IMG/VR virus record: IMGVR_UViG_3300011253_000949
Location: 2,614-66,613 of that record
DNA length: 64,000 nucleotides
Strand: one strand, 5' to 3'
DNA from: a virus
Part shown: positions 22,714 to 31,271 of the stretch, piece by piece
Position numbering within the stretch: the first letter of the stretch is position 1
How the letters are laid out: the number at the start of each line of letters is the position of its first letter
Position numbers and translations under genes: made by a program
The notes under the pieces: generated by a model
What the model saw: only the letters and a program-made list of their open reading frames with translations
The model's database searches: none
What the model was told of the DNA's origin: nothing

Positions 22714-23073
22714 TTATGAAGCTTTAGAGAAGATCGACTTGTTGCTCTTGGGCTTCTCATCAGGAGCTGAGTCTTCAGTCGTTGGCTCATCTGCTACTGT
22801 ATCAGTCTCAGGTTCGTCAGCTTCTGCTTCCGGAGTTTTATCAGCCTCTACTTCTGTAGGCTTAGAAGGTGTGGCTGCACGTGTCACCTTGGCAGGTTTG
22901 GCAGGTGCAGAGATGTCTTGAGCAGAGATGCTCAGTTCAGCAGAATAACCATTTTCGCCGCGGCCAGCTTTCATATCGATGTCGATCTTCTGATCATCTG
23001 AAATGGTAATCTGTTTGCGGACAAACGCGTCAAGTGCGCTCATGATTTCTGCCTGATTTAATGTGATTTGCAT
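22714..23073 (-). CDS. Conserved N4-like hypothetical protein
   Basis: MQITLNQAEI...AGRGENGYSAE followed by a disordered tail ending SIF; GAGGA RBS. Confidence 0.75.
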   Translation of the reverse strand: MQITLNQAEIMSALDAFVRKQITISDDQKIDIDMKAGRGENGYSAELSISAQDISAPAKPAKVTRAATPSKPTEVEADKTPEAEADEPETDTVADEPTTEDSAPDEKPKSNKSIFSKAS

Positions 23074-23236
23074 AGTGTTTCCTCAAGGTTTGGAGTGGAG
23101 TGGAGTGGTGTATTTAGCGAAGCATCACAGAGCTGAAAAGAGCCATTGATACTCTGCTGCTTCTGCTGTGGTTAGAGCCGGAATAATAAAGGCTCAGCTC
23201 GGCACTCACAGCTTACCGCCAACGTAAAGCTGTTGG

Positions 23237-23446
23237 TCAAGCTGTGGGAAAGAAGGACATGGTTCGCGCAGATTCACGTTTGGTAGTGTAAACGTAGCTC
23301 TTGGCACGCAGATACACGGTAGCTTCTTGAACTGCCTGATAGGTCAGCTTGGTTCGAATAGCCAATTCTCTGATACTGATACCTGGATGTTCCGTGATGG
23401 TATCTTGCACGAGATCTCTCGCCTGTTGGCCTTTGTTTTTATGCAC
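23237..23446 (-). CDS. Winged HTH protein
   Basis: GTG start after AAGGAG; HPGISIRELAIRTKLTYQAV HTH-like pattern. Confidence 0.6.
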   Translation of the reverse strand: MHKNKGQQARDLVQDTITEHPGISIRELAIRTKLTYQAVQEATVYLRAKSYVYTTKRESARTMSFFPTA

Positions 23447-23915
23447 GCTGTATCTCCTTAGCGTAGAGGGCAATAAGAGCAGCTTCAGCACGTCCATCAT
23501 CCTTGACCCGCTTGAAGAGGTGGGCGTAGGCAGGGAAGCGCTGTGTGGCTAAACCACGGCTTGCTCCTTTGTCTCTCTGCAGACCGAAGTGCTTCTTCCA
23601 TTTCTGGGGAGTCACATCGACTGTGGAGGTACGGTGAGCAAGCAGAGCCATCTGCAGGGCTCCGTATCCTTGTCCAAAGCGGAACGTGGATGAGAGACCC
23701 TGTTTAGGCATGGAGTGTACCTGCTCAAGGTATGCGATGACACGACGACCATCATCAGGTGGGGTAAGAGAGTCGAACAACGCAACGTGATCGATCTCTT
23801 TCTTACCTGACTTGGCAACGAGGATTGGCATGTCCAGTACAACCAGACCGCCAGTGTCCCCATCGTGACAAGCAATGGCCCCGGTGAACCCGGGATCTAT
23901 GCCTAAATATAGCAT
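23439..23915 (-). CDS. RuvC-like Holliday junction resolvase
   Basis: LGIDPG, LEQV, PQKWKK and DGRAEAALIA motifs. Confidence 0.88.
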   Translation of the reverse strand: MLYLGIDPGFTGAIACHDGDTGGLVVLDMPILVAKSGKKEIDHVALFDSLTPPDDGRRVIAYLEQVHSMPKQGLSSTFRFGQGYGALQMALLAHRTSTVDVTPQKWKKHFGLQRDKGASRGLATQRFPAYAHLFKRVKDDGRAEAALIALYAKEIQRA

Positions 23916-24637
23916 CAGCCAAAGAGCTTTTTCTTTGGAGATGCATCACCACCTGGTTTGCCGGAACCAGAACTTCCTGGACCAGAGTTACCTTTACCGG
24001 TGGTTTTGTCGCGGTCTTTGCCTTTGTTACGCTCAACCCAGCTTTCATGGAATTCAGCGTTCTCAACTTCCTGACGGTACTCGTTGACTGTCTTGTTGGT
24101 CTCAGAGTGAAAGGCTTTGTTGATGGTGTTGGAAACACGCACTTCATCGGTGTCGTGGTAGTTCCCATCATCACCTTTTTTCTGCTTGAATTCTTTGACA
24201 CGCAGAACAGCCAGATTGACAGGCTTGCCGATCATGTCGATCAGTACAGGCACTTCAGTAGGGAGCTCTTTTTTCTCATCAGAGTTCCAGACTTTGACCA
24301 TCTTCATCTCGACATTTTGTTCAGACAAAGGAGACTCAGTTGTCAGAAGACAAATGTCATCAATGGTTGTGTACCCTGGGAGAGGGTTCTTCTTACCGTC
24401 TTTGGTGTAGAAGTTTTCACCTTTCTTGTTGGTAACATAGATCGTTTCACGGAACTCAGTGGCTCCAGCCTTGGCAATGATGGTGACGTTCTGAGCACCG
24501 CTGGATGCTTCACCGGCATATGCCATGGTGACTGTAGCAGCATAGACATCTGAAGGTGCTGGGGCGAAACCACCAAGTGTGTCTTGAGTTTCTTCAAGAC
24601 CTTCAGTGGTCATTTTGGCGAATGGATTAGAGGACAT
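23915..24637 (-). CDS. Single-stranded DNA-binding protein (N4 gp45-like)
   Basis: FRETIYVT, LPGY and NTINKAFH motifs, C-terminal KKLFG; synteny. Confidence 0.85.
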   Translation of the reverse strand: MSSNPFAKMTTEGLEETQDTLGGFAPAPSDVYAATVTMAYAGEASSGAQNVTIIAKAGATEFRETIYVTNKKGENFYTKDGKKNPLPGYTTIDDICLLTTESPLSEQNVEMKMVKVWNSDEKKELPTEVPVLIDMIGKPVNLAVLRVKEFKQKKGDDGNYHDTDEVRVSNTINKAFHSETNKTVNEYRQEVENAEFHESWVERNKGKDRDKTTGKGNSGPGSSGSGKPGGDASPKKKLFG

Positions 24638-24695
24638 ACATCTTTCCTTTGATTGTGATGTGGGGTGGGATGGTGTGGTGTCTCAGGGAGTGAGA

Positions 24696-25436
24696 CTATG
24701 CGTAAAACGAACGCAGGTGGTCAAGTAGAAGCTGAGCATCATTGTCTGTGTAGGTCTCAGCAGCAGTGAACATGCCCATAGGAGAGCGGATACGTTCCCC
24801 TACAGTCTCTTTGGTCAAGCGTGTCTGAAAGACATACTTGAAGCCAAGTGCTTCATCTTCTTCAGTGATGTTCAGAAGCTTTGACTTATACTTTTCGAGG
24901 GCTTTCAGAGACATTTTCTTCGAAGAAACAACTGTCGAGAAGTATGCCTCTAGGCCATTGTTTTTGAGAGCACCTTTGACAGGTACAGCAGTCTCCATGA
25001 TCATCTTAGCTTCATTCAACTCTGAACGTGTATGAGCTGTAAAGATGACAGGAAGAGGGCAGGAAGCAACATACTCTTGCATGAGCTTTTTGAAGAATTG
25101 CTGATACTTTGACCAGCCTTTCATGGTGTCAGCAGAATCGATCACGTGGATCGATTCAAACATATCCATGAGGAAGGTGAGAGTATCAATGACAACCACA
25201 TCAAACTCACCGGCACCATCACCATCGATATGCTCGAAAGCTTCATAGATCTGATAAGGATCGGTGACAGTCATGTTGGTAAAGTCATTCCGGAAAGGCA
25301 GCTTTTTACCGGATTCACAGTTGAGATACATCACACGTGGTCCACCCATAAGGTGACGTAGACTTGCGGATTTACCTGTAGCGCTTTCACCCGAAATCAG
25401 GAAAAGCTGATCGTTCTGGGTAGGTACATCTGTCAT
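24696..25436 (-). CDS. AAA ATPase (N4 gp44-like, Sak4-type)
   Basis: Walker A GESATGKS, Walker B VVVIDT; ERIRSPMGMF. Confidence 0.88.
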   Translation of the reverse strand: MTDVPTQNDQLFLISGESATGKSASLRHLMGGPRVMYLNCESGKKLPFRNDFTNMTVTDPYQIYEAFEHIDGDGAGEFDVVVIDTLTFLMDMFESIHVIDSADTMKGWSKYQQFFKKLMQEYVASCPLPVIFTAHTRSELNEAKMIMETAVPVKGALKNNGLEAYFSTVVSSKKMSLKALEKYKSKLLNITEEDEALGFKYVFQTRLTKETVGERIRSPMGMFTAAETYTDNDAQLLLDHLRSFYA

Positions 25437-25444
25437 ATTGGTTC

Positions 25445-25699
25445 CTAATTTTTGAGTCTGTTTACGCCTGAATCCATGATCCCTGCGAACTCTTCAGCAT
25501 CAAGATTGAACATGACATGCTCAACTGCTGATTCATCTTCAGGTGGGTATGGACCCAAGTAGGTAAGCATGGAGTGGGATTCGTGATCACGACGGATACG
25601 CACATAGAGGCCAACGTCATCACCAGCTTTGTCTTGGAGAATGACTTCAAACAAAATTTGATATCCATCTACGACCTCAAGACGGGCAAATTTACTCAT
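25445..25699 (-). CDS. Hypothetical protein
   Basis: 84-aa ORF with AAGGA RBS in the operon. Confidence 0.65.
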   Translation of the reverse strand: MSKFARLEVVDGYQILFEVILQDKAGDDVGLYVRIRRDHESHSMLTYLGPYPPEDESAVEHVMFNLDAEEFAGIMDSGVNRLKN

Positions 25700-25794
25700 A
25701 GTGGTTCCTTTTGAGATTGCTGCTCCCTGCCAAAGTAGGACAGGCAGGGAGCGTTACAGAGACGTTCGAGGTAGGGTAGGAGCCCTCCCACCTA

Positions 25795-27945
25795 CTACGG
25801 CAGTCCCTGCAACCTTTTTGCGACTGTCACGAGGACAGTTCTACGCAACTCACTTTCGTCAAGCCCTTCGGAAAGCTTGCGATTGAAGTTGAGCACGCTT
25901 TGCTCAACCTCATTGTAGGTCATACCATTGTCCACGAGAGCCAGGGCGAACTTGATCAATTGGTTGCTACGATTGCCACTGGCGATACGCTCAGCGAACC
26001 AACGCTCAAGATTGTCCAGAGACTCCAGCTTCACAAATTCCTTTTGGAACTGTTCATTCTTTGCTGTTTTGGGAACAAAGGGCAGGACATCAAGAAGCCG
26101 ATCAGTCGTGTTGTAATAGACGATCGCTTTATCGTTAGACATCCATTTGCGGGAACGCTGGTTCGCGCTTTCATCAACGGCAAATGGGAGCCACTTCACG
26201 ATATTTTCCATGAAGTCGCGGTAGTCATCACGATCAAGCGAAAGCTCATAACTGATCGGCAGCATGATACGGAAACGGTTTTCTGCATCCGTATGACGCT
26301 TTGTCGTGTAGGTCATGAACGTGTACTCTTTGAGGAGTTCATGAACCATGTCGATACGAACGCCACCATCAACATCCAACACAACCATGTTGAAGCCTTG
26401 GATCACATTCTCTTCTGCCCGATGCTCTTTGACAAAAGCGTGATTTGCCCAATGGTATCCAGGCTCTGTGACGAGATTATGAAGCTGGTCAAAGGGTACA
26501 CGCTCATGCCCATAGTTGTAGGCAAAGTCCGTGGAGTAAGAGACATCAATCTGATCCAATGAAGTCTCTTTGAGAGTGTCACCGGTAAAGAACTCGATGC
26601 CATCTACAAAGGTCTTTTTGAGGATGATGTGCTGACGGATGCCAAAGGCTGTTGCCAGGGTCATCATCTCAGAGCGTGCTGATGCGCTTGCCTTGTAGAA
26701 AGGTAGAGCTTCGTGGAGATCAGCATGCGTGACTTCTTGACCGCAGTTGGCAACGTAATGTGCCAGCTTCATGTAAGGTTTTTCACGGGTGAGAAGCTTT
26801 TGAAATGCTGCACCGGATTCTTCCACCAGCTTGATGGCAGAGTGAAGGTGAGACATTTCAATGGAGAAGCTTTCATCAATGAAGGCCAATGCGCCGGCCA
26901 ACTTCATTGCTTTGAAGTAGCGGTGTGACATTTCTGTTTTACGGATCTCATCATAGAGAGGCAGTTCCTTAGCTGCACGCTCACACAAGATACGATATTG
27001 CAGACACTCGATGCCAACATCATCAGCCACATCCAAAGACCAGTTGAACTTGTCTGGAGTTGCCAGTGAGGTCAGATGGCTGGCCCACTTAGCAGCCATC
27101 ATTTCATTGGCTGGATTGATCAATGATGCGTAGATTTCTGCTGCAGATGCATCATTTGCTGCTGGTTCAGGATGACCCATGGCAAAGATACAACGTCGTC
27201 CGTAACCAGTTTCGAGGAAAGAGTAGAAAGCATCCTCTGTGGTTCCACCATCCAAGAGCTTTGAAGGTGTACCAAACAGGAGCATGTTTGAGGGGGTTTT
27301 ACCCTCAATTTCCTCATGTCGTTTGTTGTCGGCCGTGTTCTTTGTCAGCTTAGGCTTGATCATGCCCTGATCGTAAAGCTCAAGGTATGTGTTGAGGACT
27401 TCGGTAGATCCAATCAGGTTGGATCCAATTTCATCGATCTGAAGGTTGATTGCACCGGCACCAGCCAACAAAAGTTTTTGCCGTACCTGTTTGATGGCAG
27501 GAGCTGAGCCACTGTCGAAGCTGTATGGGTAGGCACCGGTATCGTTGTACTCTTTTTGCAGACCAGTGAACTCATCTTTTTCATCAGTTTGCTTACGCAC
27601 AGCACGCTTTGTGGCGATAGACCACATGTTGTTTTGAGCGATATCTGGCAGAGTATTTTCAACAAAGTTCTGACGGAACCCGTGCACGATCTCATTCTCG
27701 AGAATACCCAGGGAGAAACCTTTGCCTGTGCCAGATGGTGACAGGGCCAGAGTGTAGGTGTTGACCGGTATGTTACCACGGTCTTTGGTGTTGATGGTGG
27801 TACGCATGGAAGAGGCAATGACGCTCAGAGAGTAAGCGACAATTACACGGAAAAAGGCCTTGTCGTTGTTCTGGGTCTTTGTCGATAGGACTTGCGTGAT
27901 CTCTTCAATGGCATGGTGATGGGGAACTTGTTCAAGATCAAGCAT
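25795..27945 (-). CDS. DNA primase (N4 gp43-like, with P-loop and PriCT-like end)
   Basis: SPSGTGKG, IDEIGSNL, VLDVDGG, YTTKRH and GNRSNQL motifs; start moved to ATG 27945, coupled to gp42. Confidence 0.88.
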   Translation of the reverse strand: MLDLEQVPHHHAIEEITQVLSTKTQNNDKAFFRVIVAYSLSVIASSMRTTINTKDRGNIPVNTYTLALSPSGTGKGFSLGILENEIVHGFRQNFVENTLPDIAQNNMWSIATKRAVRKQTDEKDEFTGLQKEYNDTGAYPYSFDSGSAPAIKQVRQKLLLAGAGAINLQIDEIGSNLIGSTEVLNTYLELYDQGMIKPKLTKNTADNKRHEEIEGKTPSNMLLFGTPSKLLDGGTTEDAFYSFLETGYGRRCIFAMGHPEPAANDASAAEIYASLINPANEMMAAKWASHLTSLATPDKFNWSLDVADDVGIECLQYRILCERAAKELPLYDEIRKTEMSHRYFKAMKLAGALAFIDESFSIEMSHLHSAIKLVEESGAAFQKLLTREKPYMKLAHYVANCGQEVTHADLHEALPFYKASASARSEMMTLATAFGIRQHIILKKTFVDGIEFFTGDTLKETSLDQIDVSYSTDFAYNYGHERVPFDQLHNLVTEPGYHWANHAFVKEHRAEENVIQGFNMVVLDVDGGVRIDMVHELLKEYTFMTYTTKRHTDAENRFRIMLPISYELSLDRDDYRDFMENIVKWLPFAVDESANQRSRKWMSNDKAIVYYNTTDRLLDVLPFVPKTAKNEQFQKEFVKLESLDNLERWFAERIASGNRSNQLIKFALALVDNGMTYNEVEQSVLNFNRKLSEGLDESELRRTVLVTVAKRLQGLP

Positions 27946-28900
27946 GCTCGTATCTATCCTTCTGGCTACATATGGGGAAAGCTGGGCAGTATGCACATGC
28001 TTTCACTTTGCCGTTGACTGTGATGACAATGCCTTTGCCTTTTTCAGCACAAAAACGATTAGCCTCGTTGATGTCGTCAAAGTTCTTGGTGGCACGTCCT
28101 GAGATTTTGGATGGGTCAGAGAAGTATTTGTAGACAGGAGCACTGCGCCACAGTTCAGCATCGGTACACTCAGGCAGGGATTCCTCTGGGAGCTCTGCAG
28201 AGGCCTCTAGATGGCGAAGTCTGGTTTTGATCCAGGCTTCCGTCTCAGAGAGGGACATGAGCTCTACACGGTGCTCCAGGACTCTCTGTTGAGGGTAATT
28301 GGGGTTCTGCTTAGATTGTGCACGTGACCAGTCTGTGAAGATGAACTGAATGTTGATGTGATCTTCGGTAATCTTGTCTTGATGGATCCACCGATAGATT
28401 GAACCCTGCAGACAGTAATCTTCGTCTTTGGATCCAAGCATCCAGCTGTATACGGATGTGGATTTGAAGTCCTGCAATGTGCCTTCAAGCACCATGTCGA
28501 ACTTACCAGACAAAGTGTATCCCATAATTTGACGGGAACCACGTTGCTCCAGCCAAATGGGAATCTCACCTTCTACAAGGTCGGTTGGATTGATTTTGAC
28601 CTTTTCGATCAGAGACTGTGGATAGCCGAGTTTGCGTAAAGAGCTGGCGTAGTCATGAATCCAAGCTTTCTCAATCCCATCGTGAATGGTGTGACCAAGG
28701 CGGGATGCAATGAAGTCTGATACATCGGGGGTTTGACGTGCTTCAGGAGAGAGACGCTCTCGAAGCAAGATCTGACGCACTGGTTTGAGAAGAGCAGTGG
28801 CTGAGATAGACTTACCTTCGGGGAAGAAGTCATATCCGTCAGCAGCAAGCCAGACAGCCAAAGGCAAAGAAATTCCACTGATATTGGTAATCTGTGCCAT
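27938..28900 (-). CDS. PD-(D/E)xK exonuclease (N4 gp42-like)
   Basis: SATALLKP, GKFD...DFKSTS, QGSIY and C-terminal Cys cluster. Confidence 0.85.
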   Translation of the reverse strand: MAQITNISGISLPLAVWLAADGYDFFPEGKSISATALLKPVRQILLRERLSPEARQTPDVSDFIASRLGHTIHDGIEKAWIHDYASSLRKLGYPQSLIEKVKINPTDLVEGEIPIWLEQRGSRQIMGYTLSGKFDMVLEGTLQDFKSTSVYSWMLGSKDEDYCLQGSIYRWIHQDKITEDHINIQFIFTDWSRAQSKQNPNYPQQRVLEHRVELMSLSETEAWIKTRLRHLEASAELPEESLPECTDAELWRSAPVYKYFSDPSKISGRATKNFDDINEANRFCAEKGKGIVITVNGKVKACAYCPAFPICSQKDRYEHA

Positions 28901-28945
28901 GGTGTCTGGCTCCTGTTTTGGTGTGGTTTAGAGTGGTGTGGTTTA

Positions 28946-29248
28946 TTATACGCTGACGCAAACTGGCTCTTCATAGATGACTTGAGCTGACTCACCTGCC
29001 AAAGCGAAGTAGGCAGCACCATCAACATAATCATCCAAGTTGAGCATGCCCTGACGTGCACGAGACATCTTCAGGATAGCCATGAACATCCATCCTTGGG
29101 TCTCATTGAGGTATGTTCCGTTGAGCGCATTGAAAGCATCTACGGCCGCAGCCATAGAGCGTTCAGCTTTGCCTTCATCATCACGTTGAGAAGCGCGATC
29201 GGCAATGGCATCACGGGCAGTCTCCAAAATATCAGGAGCTTTTTGCAT
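28946..29248 (-). CDS. Conserved phage protein (DUF6378-like)
   Basis: ERSM...GWMFMAILKMSR...DDYVDGAAYFALAGE pattern. Confidence 0.6.
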   Translation of the reverse strand: MQKAPDILETARDAIADRASQRDDEGKAERSMAAAVDAFNALNGTYLNETQGWMFMAILKMSRARQGMLNLDDYVDGAAYFALAGESAQVIYEEPVCVSV

Positions 29249-29537
29249 GAAATGCCTCCGGCTTCATGTGACCCAGGTAAGGGAAGTTTTCAAAGACGGT
29301 GTCTTTCACATCTGTCTTGGGAATGCCTGTCTCTGTCTCAAGACGAGAGAGAGCAGCATTGTGGGTATCACGAAGAACCTGTTGGGTAATTTCAGGCGTC
29401 TCCAACTCAAGCAAAACGTTCAGGGTACGTTCTTTGAGAACCTCATCTTTTGTGTAGATGACCTTAACGGCTGCCAAAAAGAAATGAGATTTGGAAGAGC
29501 CTTTACGGGGCTTTGGGTTACGGTGGTCGTCAAGCAT
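29232..29537 (-). CDS. Hypothetical protein (N4-like conserved)
   Basis: 101-aa ORF in operon; C-terminal YLGHM..EAF. Confidence 0.65.
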   Translation of the reverse strand: MLDDHRNPKPRKGSSKSHFFLAAVKVIYTKDEVLKERTLNVLLELETPEITQQVLRDTHNAALSRLETETGIPKTDVKDTVFENFPYLGHMKPEAFHAKSS

Positions 29538-29548
29538 ATGCTGGTTCC

Positions 29549-29905
29549 TTATTTAATGACAGCATGAACGATGCAGCGAAACAATGCATCTTTGGTTTGC
29601 TGGATTTTTGGCAACTGATCGAATGGAACGATGCAGGGGTGTGTAGGTGGCATAGCTTCAGGATTTTTCTCTTTACCATACACCCAACCCTCTGAAATCT
29701 TCTGGGCCATCCAGTTATTATGTGATGCACTGTCGTCAGCGTCTGGGTTGTCAATGTGAAACTGAACACCATTCAAGGCGCTAATCTGTTGCCAAACAGG
29801 AGCTTCCTCCCATGTTGGTTGGTTCATATCACCGTTTGCAGCGCACCATGCACGATTTGCCTCATGAGCAACCATGGCTGCGTAAAGATGGTTTTTGGGA
29901 GTCAT
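29549..29905 (-). CDS. RyR (ryanodine-receptor repeat) domain protein
   Basis: HNNWMAQKISEGWVYG...THPCIVPFDQLP...KD is the RyR repeat signature. Confidence 0.8.
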   Translation of the reverse strand: MTPKNHLYAAMVAHEANRAWCAANGDMNQPTWEEAPVWQQISALNGVQFHIDNPDADDSASHNNWMAQKISEGWVYGKEKNPEAMPPTHPCIVPFDQLPKIQQTKDALFRCIVHAVIK

Positions 29906-29921
29906 ATAAAATTTCCTTGTG

Positions 29922-30515
29922 CTATGCTGCTTCAGAGACAAGGTCTCGGATACTGTCTTCCGAAGCATGATTTGGCAACTCAATTTCTTGAGCCCAGGTG
30001 GGGTAGAAGATGCTCAAGTTACCGCCAAGCTTGACAGTATCATGTGCAATATCAGGGTGTTCTTGCCACTGAACAGCCTTGACCAGATGTTTATTCACAT
30101 ACTGCAAGATCTCAATATCATCAGGGATCAGATAATATTGCGCATCATGGATGTGAGCGATCGGTCGGATCTGTAGTCTGTGTTTGCCTGCACGGACTGT
30201 CTTCATGAATTCAGAAGCAGCTCGTGTGTTGAGCAAGCACCAAGATTGACCCAAAGCATTACCGGCAGTACGGCCTTCGGCCTCTGCCTCATAGGGTGTT
30301 GCAGAATTACCGCGGATAACTTGGTGGAGCAATGGTGTGCGAACACGCAAACCAAAGGCAGCACTAACATAGCCTGTACGTGAGGCTTCATCGAGCTTGG
30401 TTGCTACCCACTCATCACTCACTTTGTAGAGCTCGTGATATTTGTGCTCGATCTGCTGAGCGACAACTTTAGAGAAGCCACCTTTTGCCATCAGGGTGAT
30501 GTAGGTTCCTTGGTA
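29922..30515 (-). CDS. DNA polymerase C-terminal subunit, segment after the 47-nt gap (YQGTYITLM...; motif C HIHDA)
   Basis: Frame reads TAC CAA GGA ACC TAC ATC ACC CTG into the ATG at 30491; AFGLRVRTP, RTAGNALGQS and IHDAQY are family A motifs. Confidence 0.9.
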   Translation of the reverse strand, partial: YQGTYITLMAKGGFSKVVAQQIEHKYHELYKVSDEWVATKLDEASRTGYVSAAFGLRVRTPLLHQVIRGNSATPYEAEAEGRTAGNALGQSWCLLNTRAASEFMKTVRAGKHRLQIRPIAHIHDAQYYLIPDDIEILQYVNKHLVKAVQWQEHPDIAHDTVKLGGNLSIFYPTWAQEIELPNHASEDSIRDLVSEAA

Positions 30516-30562
30516 AGTTCATTTCTCTCATCCCCCCCCTAGTTTACTAGGGGGGGTCAGAG
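30516..30562 (-). other. 47-nt coding gap; putative programmed ribosomal bypass element
   Basis: ACT|CTC TGA CCCCCCCTAG TAAA CTAGGGGGGGG ATGAGAG AAATGA ACT|TAC: matched ACT codons, in-frame stop, strong hairpin. Confidence 0.7.
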
Positions 30563-30703
30563 AGTGAGAGCGAAGGTTGGCATCTTGCTCTCTTGGCGCT
30601 CCTCTGAATACAATGTTTTAGTTGAATTAACCCGTTCTTTGTCATGACGTAAAACAGAAATTTCAGTCACTTCACTTATGGTTTGGTTGATTTTTAGCAC
30701 CAT
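30557..30703 (-). CDS. DNA polymerase C-terminal subunit, first 47-48 codons (ends ...RQESKMPTFALT)
   Basis: Hand translation MVLKINQTISEVTEISVLRHDKERVNSTKTLYSEERQESKMPTFALTL*; GAGGA RBS; carries the first half of motif B. Confidence 0.85.
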   Translation of the reverse strand: MVLKINQTISEVTEISVLRHDKERVNSTKTLYSEERQESKMPTFALTL

Positions 30704-31271
30704 TTATCCTCGCTCTTTGTACGCGTTGAAAACGTAGGGACTCATTTAAATCTCCTTCAATGCCTAGCTCTTTTGCCATGCGTCTAAGTTTTACAGACAG
30801 GTAAGGAACTTTATACGGAACACGTTGTGAAAGTGACCAATACGATTCTCCATTAATGACAGATTGCAAGCAGTCAAAGAATTCATCTTTGGTCATTCGA
30901 TTGGTGTATGTCCGTAGTCCAGTATCGGCAGCATGTTGGCTGTTACCTGAAGAGTTTACCCACTCAAGATTGTGTGTTGAGTTATCAAAACGGTTCCCAT
31001 TTTTATGGTTAACTTCAGACAATCCTAGAGAATTTGGGATGTGGGCTTCAGCCACTAAACGATGGACGTAGTGTGATGTGCCTTTCCCATATTTCCACAA
31101 ACTGACCTGAAGATATTCAACTTGTTTATTTGAAGAAGGACGCAAAATTTTGCCTTTAAAGGGATAGATGGATCCATCACGTCCTAATGTTGACCGATCT
31201 ACTGAACGTACCGTACCAAGCGTAGAGACTTCGTACAGCCCTTCATAATTAACTACCGGTAAGTAGCTCAT
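30672..31271 (-). CDS. NUMOD4-HNH homing endonuclease, free-standing inside the split DNA polymerase gene
   Basis: YEGLYEVSTLGTVRS (NUMOD4); VHRLVAEA...VNHKNGNRFDN...NLEW (HNH); overlaps both polymerase parts. Confidence 0.92.
   Translation of the reverse strand: MSYLPVVNYEGLYEVSTLGTVRSVDRSTLGRDGSIYPFKGKILRPSSNKQVEYLQVSLWKYGKGTSHYVHRLVAEAHIPNSLGLSEVNHKNGNRFDNSTHNLEWVNSSGNSQHAADTGLRTYTNRMTKDEFFDCLQSVINGESYWSLSQRVPYKVPYLSVKLRRMAKELGIEGDLNESLRFQRVQRARINGAKNQPNHK

Noticed and set aside
30516-30562. Homopolymer sequencing error or simple terminator as the explanation for the gap
   Set aside because: Stop codons flank the insert in both relevant frames whatever the C/G run length, and the hairpin has no U-tract in the sense direction
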